A DNA stretch of 64,000 bases from Candidatus Cloacimonadales bacterium (GTDB lineage: Bacteria > Cloacimonadota > Cloacimonadia > Cloacimonadales > JAFGVF01), in NCBI GenBank assembly GCA_963663475.2, contig CAXXJV010000001.1, positions 2,240,001 to 2,304,000 on the forward strand, read 5' to 3'. Under the pieces are notes generated by a model. The model was given only the letters and a program-made list of their open reading frames with translations. It searched no databases and was not told where the DNA came from. How positions within the stretch are numbered: the first letter of the stretch is position 1; each line of letters opens with the position of its first letter. A program made the translations under genes and the position numbers. Below, one piece after another: positions 48,209 to 57,403 of the stretch.

Positions 48209-50116
48209 ATGAATATTAAGATAAAGTTACCTGATGGTGCTATAAAAGACTTTGAAAGTAAGGTTACAGTTTTAGAAGTAGCTCGAAGTATTAGCGATGG
48301 TTTAGCTAATGCTTCTTTAGCTGGAATTGTTAATGGGAAAAAAGTTGATTTAGATTATCAAATCATGGAAGATGCAGATGTCTCAATTATTACTTTTAAC
48401 TCTGAAGAAGGACCAGATATTTATTGGCACTCTACAGCTCATTTAATGGCACAAGCTGTAAAACAGCTATTCCCTAAAGTAAAAGTTACCATTGGTCCAG
48501 CTATTGATAATGGTTTCTATTATGACTTTGATAGTGATAAGGCTTTTTCTGAAGAAGATTTAGTAAAGATTGAAGAAAGAATGAAAGAACTTTCCAAAGA
48601 AAAACTTCCTTATGTGAGAAAAGAAGTCTCTCGTAACGAAGCAATGGAAATTTTTAAAGAAATGGATGAACCATATAAACTTGAAATCTTAGCAGAGATT
48701 CCAGAAGATGAAGTATTATCTCTCTACACACAAGGTGATTTTACAGATTTATGTCGGGGACCTCATGTAGCTCATACAGGAAAAATTAAAGCTTTCAAAT
48801 TACTTCGTTCTTCTGGTGCTTACTGGAGAGGTGATGAAAATAATAAAATGCTTAAGAGAATTTATGGTATTTCTTTCCCTTCTAAAAAAGAATTAAAAGT
48901 TTATCTTAATAATCTAGAAGAAGCTAAAAAGAGAGACCATAGAAAAATTGGTAAAGAACTAGATCTATTTTCTATAAATGATGATATCGGTCCTGGTTTA
49001 GTCTTATGGCATCCTAAAGGTGCTATGATTAGACATCAGATTGAATCTTTCTGGAAAGAAAAACATCTTGAATATGGCTATAATTTAGTCTATACACCTC
49101 ATATAGGCAAAGGCCAACTCTGGGAAACTTCTGGACACCTAAGCTTCTATAAAGATGGTATGTATGATTCTATGGAGATGGATGGAATTGATTACTATGT
49201 TAAACCTATGAACTGCCCTTTCCATATCATGATTTATAAGTCTTCTAAGAGATCATATCGTGAATTACCAATGAAGTTAGCAGAACTTGGAACAGTTTAT
49301 CGTAATGAGCTTTCAGGTGCTCTCCATGGTTTAATGAGAGTAAGAGGATTTACTCAAGATGATGCTCATATCATATGTACACCAGACCAACTAGAAGAAG
49401 AAGTTGAAAAATTATTAGACTTCTCTCTCATGGTATTAGGAAAATTTGGATTTGAAAACTTTGAGATTTATCTCTCAACAATGCCTGAAAAGTCTGTTGG
49501 TGATCCTGAAGAATGGAAGGCTGCTACTGAATCACTTCGTAATGCTATTGAAAAACATAATTTAGAATATAAAATTGATGAAGGTGGTGGAGCATTTTAC
49601 GGTCCTAAGATAGATATCAAGATTAAAGATGCTTTAAACAGATCATGGCAATGTACAACTATCCAATTTGATTTTAATCTTCCTACTCGTTTTGAGATGG
49701 ATTATATAGGAAGTGATAATCAGGCTCATAGACCATACATGATTCATAGAGCTCTGTTAGGTTCAATAGAGAGATTTTTCGGTACTCTTATAGAATATCA
49801 TGCGGGTAACTTCCCAGTATGGCTCTGCCCTATCCAGGTTAAAGTATTACCAATTTCTGATGCAAGCTCTGAATATGCTAATGAAGTTTTAGCTTCTCTT
49901 AAAGCTAAGGGTATCAGAGCAGAAATTGATGAAAGATCAGAAAAAATAAATTTTAAAGTTAGAGAAGCAGAGATGGCAAAAATCCCTTATATGTTTGTTA
50001 TAGGTGGAAAAGAAGCTGAAGAAAAATCTGTATCAGTTAGAAGACATACAAAAGGAAATTTAGGACAAATCAAACTTGAAGAAGCTATTGATTTAGTACT
50101 TAATGATAAAGAATAA
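48209..50116 (+). CDS. thrS: Threonine--tRNA ligase
   Basis: TGS domain, DLCRGPH, RDHRK, KPMNCP, RVRGFTQDDAH and AFYGPKID. Confidence 0.97.
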   Translation: MNIKIKLPDGAIKDFESKVTVLEVARSISDGLANASLAGIVNGKKVDLDYQIMEDADVSIITFNSEEGPDIYWHSTAHLMAQAVKQLFPKVKVTIGPAIDNGFYYDFDSDKAFSEEDLVKIEERMKELSKEKLPYVRKEVSRNEAMEIFKEMDEPYKLEILAEIPEDEVLSLYTQGDFTDLCRGPHVAHTGKIKAFKLLRSSGAYWRGDENNKMLKRIYGISFPSKKELKVYLNNLEEAKKRDHRKIGKELDLFSINDDIGPGLVLWHPKGAMIRHQIESFWKEKHLEYGYNLVYTPHIGKGQLWETSGHLSFYKDGMYDSMEMDGIDYYVKPMNCPFHIMIYKSSKRSYRELPMKLAELGTVYRNELSGALHGLMRVRGFTQDDAHIICTPDQLEEEVEKLLDFSLMVLGKFGFENFEIYLSTMPEKSVGDPEEWKAATESLRNAIEKHNLEYKIDEGGGAFYGPKIDIKIKDALNRSWQCTTIQFDFNLPTRFEMDYIGSDNQAHRPYMIHRALLGSIERFFGTLIEYHAGNFPVWLCPIQVKVLPISDASSEYANEVLASLKAKGIRAEIDERSEKINFKVREAEMAKIPYMFVIGGKEAEEKSVSVRRHTKGNLGQIKLEEAIDLVLNDKE

Positions 50117-50135
50117 TCACATAACTATAAATAAT

Positions 50136-50164
50136 AAATAATGCGGGTTTTACCCGCATTATTT
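50136..50164 (+). terminator. Hairpin, probable terminator after thrS
   Basis: aaataatgcgggt-ttt-acccgcattattt. Confidence 0.65.
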
Positions 50165-50182
50165 CTAATATGAGTCAGAATT

Positions 50183-51148
50183 ATGAATAAGTATATAGAA
50201 GATTTCAAGCAAGAAATATTAAGACAGTCAGATGCATTGAAAAAAGCATATGATAGAATTGACGAAAAGGTTGTTTTAGCTCTTGATATTTTAATCAAAT
50301 GTCAAGGAAAAGTCGTTGTTACAGGTATGGGAAAGGCTGGATTAATAGCAAGAAAGATATCTGCAACCCTAGCTTCTACAGGTACTACCTCTATCTTCTT
50401 ACACCCTGCTGAAGGTATTCATGGAGATCTTGGAATGCTAGAAAAAAATGATGTAGTTATCGCAATTTCAAATAGCGGAAATACTGAAGAAGTAATCTCA
50501 ATTATTCCCTATATTAAATTTAATAATATACCACTTATTGCCCTAACTGGTAATATGGAATCACGACTTGCCAAATATTCTGATGTAGCATTAGATTGTT
50601 CAGTCCCCAAAGACTATGAACAACTAGGCCTTGTACCTACTGCAAGTACAACCGTTGAGCTGGCTATGGGCGATGCTTTAGCTGTTGCTTTACTTAAAAA
50701 ACGTAATTTTGCTTTAGAAGATTATGCTAAATTTCACCCAGGTGGTTCAATAGGTAAAAAGCTTCTGCTTAAAGTTAATGACTTAATGCATGGCAATAAT
50801 GAAATCCCTTTTACTGATTATACTGACACTATGGATCTTGCAATTATGGAAATGACTTCTAAGAAATTAGGTTGCACTCTTGTTGTCAGAGATAATTCAT
50901 TAATTGGTATTGTCACTGATGGAGATTTAAGAAGATTTTTACAGCAAGGGCATTCTGCAATTAAAGAATATCCGGTTACCCAAGCAATGACGAAAAATCC
51001 AAAGTATATCCAGGATGATAAGCTCGCAGTTGAGGCACTTAATCTTATGGAGAAATACAATATTACCGTTCTTCCAGTTCTCAACCAAGATAAAAGTCCT
51101 ATTGGTGTAATCCACCTTCATGATTTAATCAAAGCTGGTGTAGTCTAA
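50183..51148 (+). CDS. kdsD: Arabinose-5-phosphate isomerase (KpsF/GutQ family)
   Basis: SIS domain (TGMGK.G, HGDLG, PTAST, FHPGG) plus two CBS domains. Confidence 0.9.
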   Translation: MNKYIEDFKQEILRQSDALKKAYDRIDEKVVLALDILIKCQGKVVVTGMGKAGLIARKISATLASTGTTSIFLHPAEGIHGDLGMLEKNDVVIAISNSGNTEEVISIIPYIKFNNIPLIALTGNMESRLAKYSDVALDCSVPKDYEQLGLVPTASTTVELAMGDALAVALLKKRNFALEDYAKFHPGGSIGKKLLLKVNDLMHGNNEIPFTDYTDTMDLAIMEMTSKKLGCTLVVRDNSLIGIVTDGDLRRFLQQGHSAIKEYPVTQAMTKNPKYIQDDKLAVEALNLMEKYNITVLPVLNQDKSPIGVIHLHDLIKAGVV

Positions 51149-51586
51149 ATGAAACTTCTTATTCAGAGAGTTACTCAAGCTTCTGTGGTTGTTGATGGGA
51201 CTGAAATATCTAAGATAGCCCAAGGTTTATTAGTCTTCATAGGAATTGCTGAGCAGGATGATGAGTCGCAAATAGACTGGTTAGTAAACAAGCTTATTAA
51301 GTTAAGAATTTTTGAAGATGATCAAGGTAAAATGAATTTATCATTATCTGATTTAAACTATGAGATAATGCTGATATCGCAGTTTACTCTCTATGCAAAC
51401 TCTAAAAGAGGCCTAAGACCTGATTTTACTGAAGCTGCAAAGCCAGATCAAGCTCAAAGACTCTATAATATCTTTATTGAAAGATTAACGGTCAAATATA
51501 AAGCACCAAAAACAGGTGTTTTCGGTGCTGATATGAAAGTTTCTTTATTAAATGATGGACCTGTAACTATTATTCTTGAGAAGTAG
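51149..51586 (+). CDS. dtd: D-aminoacyl-tRNA deacylase
   Basis: QRV, SQFTL and NDGPVT. Confidence 0.95.
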   Translation: MKLLIQRVTQASVVVDGTEISKIAQGLLVFIGIAEQDDESQIDWLVNKLIKLRIFEDDQGKMNLSLSDLNYEIMLISQFTLYANSKRGLRPDFTEAAKPDQAQRLYNIFIERLTVKYKAPKTGVFGADMKVSLLNDGPVTIILEK

Positions 51587-52664
51587 CTTCCTCTTCTTCT
51601 TTATCTTTTTCAGATTCATCAACTTGAGATTTTTCTAATTTATAAACATCTCTTTCCTCAAGAAGTTGATTCTCTTTCTCTAATCTTTCTCTTTCTTTTT
51701 TCTCTGCCTTTTCTCTTTCCCTATCTTGCTTTTCTTTTAACTTAGCAAGTCTCTTTGCATCTCGCTCTGCTTTTTCTTGGAGCTTAGCCTGCAGATTCCT
51801 CTTAGCATCATCACCTCGATAGAAATCATCATGAATATATTCATAACCTTCATAATAAATCTCTCTTTTCATGATTAACTCCTCAATTCCACCAAAATCT
51901 TCAGATTTTTCATAAATGGTTTCGAGGGTAAGTCTATTAAGAATATCATAGGCAAAATTTTCTACAATAGAACGATTTGTTTTAAAATTGATACTCGCCT
52001 TTTTAATTAAATTATCATTTTCATCATAATCATATTCTACAACTGTTATCAAAGAATCTAAATAATCTACTTTTCTTTGAGAATCAATTCTTTTGTTTTC
52101 ATCATATACGAAATAATCATAATAAACAGGAAATCCATCATAATCATAGCTTATAATTTTTTCAATTCTACCATCAGGAAACTTATGTTTAACATCAGAG
52201 TAAAGAGGATATCCAGCATCATTATAATACTCATATTTTGTTTGAGTCTTTGCTGCATTAGTAGAACTAATAATCCTCCTAAGTAGCTTTCCACCCCAAG
52301 AGTAAAGTGTTTCCTCAGTATCACCTAAATCATTCAAATGTTCAGTGGTATATCTCTCTGTGATAACATTATGGGTACTGTAAAAAGACCTAACATCTAA
52401 AGTATCAGAATAGGAAAAAGTATAATATCCTTGATATGAATTATTTCCACCATAACTTTGAATTTCTTTTATTCTGCCTTCATCATCAAACTCATAAAAT
52501 TTCTTTGTAGTTATGTATGTTCTTTGTAAATCATATTCTGGTAGAATTCTATGTGTTTTTACATAACAACGTTCAACCCCTTTAAAAAGTTCTAATGGTA
52601 GCTCTTGGGCAATAATTACTTGCAAGCTGAATAATATTAAAGTCACCAGGAAAATCTTTCTCAT
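51570..52664 (-). CDS. Hypothetical exported protein with YD-like repeats and a charged coiled-coil tail
   Basis: Signal peptide; repeated Y/F-x-Y/F-D-x-x-G/N units; K/E/R-rich C-terminus. Confidence 0.65.
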   Translation of the reverse strand: MRKIFLVTLILFSLQVIIAQELPLELFKGVERCYVKTHRILPEYDLQRTYITTKKFYEFDDEGRIKEIQSYGGNNSYQGYYTFSYSDTLDVRSFYSTHNVITERYTTEHLNDLGDTEETLYSWGGKLLRRIISSTNAAKTQTKYEYYNDAGYPLYSDVKHKFPDGRIEKIISYDYDGFPVYYDYFVYDENKRIDSQRKVDYLDSLITVVEYDYDENDNLIKKASINFKTNRSIVENFAYDILNRLTLETIYEKSEDFGGIEELIMKREIYYEGYEYIHDDFYRGDDAKRNLQAKLQEKAERDAKRLAKLKEKQDREREKAEKKERERLEKENQLLEERDVYKLEKSQVDESEKDKEEEEATSQE

Positions 52665-52701
52665 CTTTTTATCCTTTCTTTAGACAAATTAACTATTACT
52701 A

Positions 52702-53343
52702 TTACATATCTTCTAAAATTTCTTCTATTGTTGTATATTCCTTGGAATCATTATTCATAGATAGACTATCTGGGGTAACTGACTCACTTAAAGAATCTGC
52801 TATAACTTCAATATCTTCGATTTCAGACTCGATATAAAGCTTAACTAGGCTTCCCTTGAGAACCTTGCTACCTATTTCAGGTTCAACTTCTACAACACTA
52901 TTTTGGTCATAAAGACCATAATTCTTTTTCACTAACTCAACTTCTAATCCTAGCTGTTTTAGTCTAGAACTAGCATTAATTGCATTCTCCTCAAGTATCA
53001 AAGGAATAACAACAAGCTGTCCACCATTTGATACTTCTAGCTTAATTCTACTTTTATTCTTAACTAACTTTCCAGCCTTAGGAAACTGAGAAATTACTGT
53101 TCTATCAGGATACTTAGGCGTTTTAATCCACTCAATTGATAAAGAATCATTAAGAACAAAGCCACTTTCTCTAAGTAATTTTTTTGCTTCAGAAAGCTCT
53201 AAGTCAATAACCTTAGGTACTTCTAAAGACTTACCTATATCTAATTTGACAGGTATAACAATCTTTGTTGCGATAACCAAGACAAAGGATATAAATATTA
53301 TAAACAATAAAACGGCAATTGCAAATGCTTTTAAATGCTTCAT
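52702..53343 (-). CDS. PASTA-domain membrane protein
   Basis: N-terminal TM; VPKVI...A...L...G..VISQFP.AG and a second repeat. Confidence 0.85.
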   Translation of the reverse strand: MKHLKAFAIAVLLFIIFISFVLVIATKIVIPVKLDIGKSLEVPKVIDLELSEAKKLLRESGFVLNDSLSIEWIKTPKYPDRTVISQFPKAGKLVKNKSRIKLEVSNGGQLVVIPLILEENAINASSRLKQLGLEVELVKKNYGLYDQNSVVEVEPEIGSKVLKGSLVKLYIESEIEDIEVIADSLSESVTPDSLSMNNDSKEYTTIEEILEDM

Positions 53344-53346
53344 ATA

Positions 53347-54663
53347 TTAACTTTTCCTCTTCAATTTTGCTCCAAAAGAACCATCCATTAAATGAATATG
53401 GGGCATTGTCTTTAAATAGCCATTTGAAGTATATCTACTATCGATAAAATTATCAGCACTAACAAGCTCAAAGTTAGGATGCTTCTTTAGAAACTTTTCA
53501 ATCTGCTCTTCATTCTCTACTGGATTCATGGTGCAAGTTGAATAAATCATATATCCCTCAAGTCTAACAAATTTAGCAGCATAGTTCAATGCGGAAGACT
53601 GTAACTTTAAAAGTTCATTGTACTTTTGATGTGATTGCCAACGTAATTCTGATTTCTTACCTAAAACTCCCCAACCAGAACAAGGAACATCTAGTAAGAC
53701 CTTATCATAAGCTGGGGCTATTGGACCATAACTTAAAGCATCTTGAGTAATAAGCTTAATGTTACTTAATTGTAGTCTTTCAATATTTTGCTTTATTAAT
53801 TTAACTTTTTTAGGAAACTTATCTATAGCAATAATTTGTCCACTATTAGCCATTAACTCAGCCATATATGATGCTTTTCCACCTGGTCCTGCAAACATAT
53901 CAAGAATGTTATCTTCTTTTTGAGGTGAAACTAAATCTACAACTAATGCAGCTGCCGCATCTTGGATAGAATAATAACCTTCTGAAAAAGCTACATCGTC
54001 CAGAACTATCTGTGCTTTATCTGCCTTAAATACATTCTTTACACCAGGATAGGTGGTTAGTTTAACGCCTCTCTTCTCGAAATAAGGAATTAATTTCTCA
54101 ATGTTAGTTGCAATATTGTTTACTCTTATATTAATCTCAGGAAACTCATTGAAATACATTGCTAAATACTCAGTATCTTCAATACCGAAGATTGGTATCC
54201 ATTTTTCTATTAGATCTTTAGGATATGAATGCTCAATAGCTATTCTATCAATATCATCTTTAGGTAATTCTATTTCAGGATTCCTTAGATAGTTCCTAAG
54301 TACCGCATTAACAAAATCCGCAGTATTTTGACTAAAAAGTTCTTTAGTTAGTTCAACAGTGGTATCTACAGCTGAATGGTCTGGAACACTATCAAGATAT
54401 TTTATCTGAAAAAGACCAAGATATAAGAGAATCTTTATTTTTAAATCTGTCTTTTTATACTTGCTTTCTTCAGTGAGTTGTTGACAGATAAATTCTAATA
54501 ACAATTTTCTTTTAATAACACCCTTTACAAGTGTATAAAAAAACTCATGATTACCCTTACTCTTCTTTATTTTTTTTGCTTCATTGTTTAATAAACTAGA
54601 AGACATCTCATTATTCTTTAAAACTTTATTTATAACTTTATAAGCATGCTTTCTTTCTAACAT
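53347..54663 (-). CDS. rsmB: 16S rRNA m5C967 methyltransferase
   Basis: NusB-like N-terminus (FVNAVLR); IQD, D..AGPGGK, DVPCSG and YSTCT. Confidence 0.92.
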   Translation of the reverse strand: MLERKHAYKVINKVLKNNEMSSSLLNNEAKKIKKSKGNHEFFYTLVKGVIKRKLLLEFICQQLTEESKYKKTDLKIKILLYLGLFQIKYLDSVPDHSAVDTTVELTKELFSQNTADFVNAVLRNYLRNPEIELPKDDIDRIAIEHSYPKDLIEKWIPIFGIEDTEYLAMYFNEFPEINIRVNNIATNIEKLIPYFEKRGVKLTTYPGVKNVFKADKAQIVLDDVAFSEGYYSIQDAAAALVVDLVSPQKEDNILDMFAGPGGKASYMAELMANSGQIIAIDKFPKKVKLIKQNIERLQLSNIKLITQDALSYGPIAPAYDKVLLDVPCSGWGVLGKKSELRWQSHQKYNELLKLQSSALNYAAKFVRLEGYMIYSTCTMNPVENEEQIEKFLKKHPNFELVSADNFIDSRYTSNGYLKTMPHIHLMDGSFGAKLKRKS

Positions 54664-54666
54664 TTT

Positions 54667-55263
54667 TTAACCCTTTTTATAAAGACTTCTAATACTTTTC
54701 TTAATCAATTCCTCTACACCAATATCTGCTTCCTTAGAGATAATATCTTGAAAAACTCTCCTTATTTCAAAAGCTTTATATCCTAATGTTAATAAGGCTG
54801 ATTCCGCTTCTTTAGCAACATCATTTAATTTAGTTACACCAATCTCACTTGATTGAACTTCAATATCACCTACCTTGTCTTTAAGCTCAATAATCAATCT
54901 TTGGGCTGTTTTCTTTCCCAATCCTGGAACCTTTGATAATAAGGCATAATCATCACTGAGAATTGAATTAATCAGACTGCTAACTGGTAAAGCTGAAAGC
55001 ATTGAGATTGCAATCTTAGGACCTACTCTTGATATTGATATTAACTGGCGAAAAAGTGCTTTCTCTTCTGCACTTATAAATCCAAATAACCTAGTACCCT
55101 CATCATTTTGATGATAATGAATCAGTAACTTTACTTGACTTAGTCTATTGATCTTCTCATAAGTACTTAAGGGTATCTCTACCTCATAACCAACTCCATT
55201 ACAATCTATTACACAATATACAGGATTAATCTCTGTAAGTTTACCGTTCAAGTAATTAAACAT
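54667..55263 (-). CDS. ruvA: Holliday junction branch migration protein RuvA
   Basis: NGVGYE, VGPK, VPGLGKKTAQR and SALLTLGY. Confidence 0.95.
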   Translation of the reverse strand: MFNYLNGKLTEINPVYCVIDCNGVGYEVEIPLSTYEKINRLSQVKLLIHYHQNDEGTRLFGFISAEEKALFRQLISISRVGPKIAISMLSALPVSSLINSILSDDYALLSKVPGLGKKTAQRLIIELKDKVGDIEVQSSEIGVTKLNDVAKEAESALLTLGYKAFEIRRVFQDIISKEADIGVEELIKKSIRSLYKKG

Positions 55264-56045
55264 TAAATTTCCTTTTTCCTTAGCACTGAATAGCAGGTTG
55301 TTGAGTAAAAGTTTCTAACATATCTGATTTTCATAAAAAACTTGTTGAGAATTACTGGTTTTAATTTAAACTTTATTTCATAATTCGGATTTATTAAATA
55401 TAAGCGTAAATCCACAATATTAAGCAAGTTTCTTGCCACTAGCTTTTGGAAATATTCTAGAGTAACCTTAGATTTTCTAAGATCTACAAGTTCATCAATC
55501 ACAGCTTTTCTTTCTCCAGTAAGAACTAGTAATCCTCTGTAAAAATCACTCGGAAGGAGGTGAATAAAAGGTAGCTTAGATAGAAATGAATTTAACATTT
55601 GCTGGTGTCCACCGAATGGATTCTGCCATGGAGGAAAAGCAATAAAGATAAATCCATCTGCCTTAAGATGGCCTCTACAAAAAGCTAAAAGCCTTTCATG
55701 ATCTTCAATATGTTCAATTACATCTCTGAAAAAAATCAAATCAAATTCTCCTAAAGAATCCATTTCAAATATGTTTTTACTATATAAATGGCATTGTTTA
55801 TTGCTAATATAATCTGATAAGTATCTTTTGCCATTAGTAATTTTATCTTGAGCTAAATCAACTCCTACCACCTGACAATCAGCCTCAAGAAAAGGAACTA
55901 AATTGCCACCTTCCCCACAACCTATCTCTAAAACCCTAATTTCTTTAGTTGAAAGAAAAGTATTTAAGTAAGGAATTACATATTTTCTGCTTGTATATAC
56001 TTGCTCATTAAAATACTTTTTTCTATCTTTATGTCTCTTTTGCAT
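55263..56045 (-). CDS. Class I SAM-dependent methyltransferase
   Basis: VLEIGCGEGG, DVIEHI and FPPW..PFGGH. Confidence 0.85.
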   Translation of the reverse strand: MQKRHKDRKKYFNEQVYTSRKYVIPYLNTFLSTKEIRVLEIGCGEGGNLVPFLEADCQVVGVDLAQDKITNGKRYLSDYISNKQCHLYSKNIFEMDSLGEFDLIFFRDVIEHIEDHERLLAFCRGHLKADGFIFIAFPPWQNPFGGHQQMLNSFLSKLPFIHLLPSDFYRGLLVLTGERKAVIDELVDLRKSKVTLEYFQKLVARNLLNIVDLRLYLINPNYEIKFKLKPVILNKFFMKIRYVRNFYSTTCYSVLRKKEI

Positions 56046-56544
56046 AACCAGCTTCTATAAGATTTAAATTTCCAAATTTAACTTTATTAAAATGTGTGTA
56101 AGCTACTGCTAAGGCATCAGAAGCATCATCAGATTTTATTTCTTCTTTAAGTCCAATTATCTTCTGTATCATATGTCTTACTTGTAGCTTATTCCCATTT
56201 CCATTTCCTGTTACAGCCTTTTTTACTTCTCGAGGGGAATATTCATATACTGTGATATGAGACAAAGCACATGCTTGAAGTATAACACCTCTAGCATGTG
56301 CTAAAGTAATTGCAGATTGTATATTATTACCATAGAAAATAGTTTCCACTACAGCAATATCAGGCTTATATTCTTCTAAAATCTCGGTAATTCTAGTAAA
56401 TAATTCAGCTAATTTACCACTTAATTTAAGTTTAGCATTAAGTTTGATAACATCACAACCTGCAGCAACAATCCGTTTCTTTTCAATTTGCAAGATCCCA
56501 TAACCACAAAATCTGCTACCAGGATCAAAGCCAATTATTACCAT
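56029..56544 (-). CDS. ruvC: Holliday junction resolvase RuvC
   Basis: IGFDPG, VE..F, HARG, K.AVTGNG and DDASDALAVA. Confidence 0.95.
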   Translation of the reverse strand: MVIIGFDPGSRFCGYGILQIEKKRIVAAGCDVIKLNAKLKLSGKLAELFTRITEILEEYKPDIAVVETIFYGNNIQSAITLAHARGVILQACALSHITVYEYSPREVKKAVTGNGNGNKLQVRHMIQKIIGLKEEIKSDDASDALAVAYTHFNKVKFGNLNLIEAGYAKET

Positions 56545-57294
56545 TTATTCTTGGTTTAATTTTTCCATTATTTCGTCAGATATATCAAAGTTAGCCCATA
56601 CTTTTTGAGTATCATCTAAATCATCTAAATGATCTAAAAGTTTCATTAATTTCTCGGCAACATCATCTGCATTAACTGTTGTTTTTGGAACTTTGATTAA
56701 TGCAGGTTCTTGTGGTTCATAACCAGCATCTTCAAAGTTTTTCATCACAGTATGAAAATCAGAAGCAACAGTATAAACTTCAAACATATCATCTTCAAGT
56801 TTTACATCTTCAGCACCAGCTTCTAATGCTTCCATCATGAATTCATCTTCATCTTTTCCCTCAGCAGGAATTAAGAAGAAACCTTTTTGTTCAAAGTTCC
56901 AGGAAACAGAACCTGATTCAGCCATTGATCCACCATATTTTCCTAAAGTGTGTCTAACTTCAGCAACAGTTCTATTCTTATTATCAGTTGTACAGTCAAT
57001 TAAAATGGCTACTCCACCATGTCCATAGCCTTCATAGGTGATTTCTTCATAGACTACACCTTCAATTTCACCAGTACCTCTTTTGATAGCACGTTCGATA
57101 TTGTCTTTAGGCATATTTTGAGAACGTGCAGCTTGAACAGCAGTTCTTAAGCGAGGATTTGATTCTAAATCACTTCCTCCCATACGAGCAGCGATAACAA
57201 TTTCTTTACCTAGTTTAGTAAAAACTTTTCCACGTTTTGCATCAGCAGCACCTTTTTTATGTTTAATCGAACTCCACTTATTATGTCCTGACAT
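56545..57294 (-). CDS. yebC: YebC/PmpR-family protein
   Basis: MSGHNKWSSIKHKK, YEGYG and TDNKNRT. Confidence 0.93.
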   Translation of the reverse strand: MSGHNKWSSIKHKKGAADAKRGKVFTKLGKEIVIAARMGGSDLESNPRLRTAVQAARSQNMPKDNIERAIKRGTGEIEGVVYEEITYEGYGHGGVAILIDCTTDNKNRTVAEVRHTLGKYGGSMAESGSVSWNFEQKGFFLIPAEGKDEDEFMMEALEAGAEDVKLEDDMFEVYTVASDFHTVMKNFEDAGYEPQEPALIKVPKTTVNADDVAEKLMKLLDHLDDLDDTQKVWANFDISDEIMEKLNQE

Positions 57295-57325
57295 TGGTTT
57301 TCCTCACTATTTTTAAATTTTTAAA

Positions 57326-57348
57326 GAGCCGACTTTATAAGTCGGCTC
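57326..57348 (-). terminator. Hairpin, probable terminator after the EF-G-like gene
   Basis: gagccgactt-tat-aagtcggctc. Confidence 0.6.
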
Positions 57349-57403
57349 ATGAATTATAAGTTATCTATTAGTTAAATTTATTTTGGTTTGATTTTTTGTC
57401 AAT

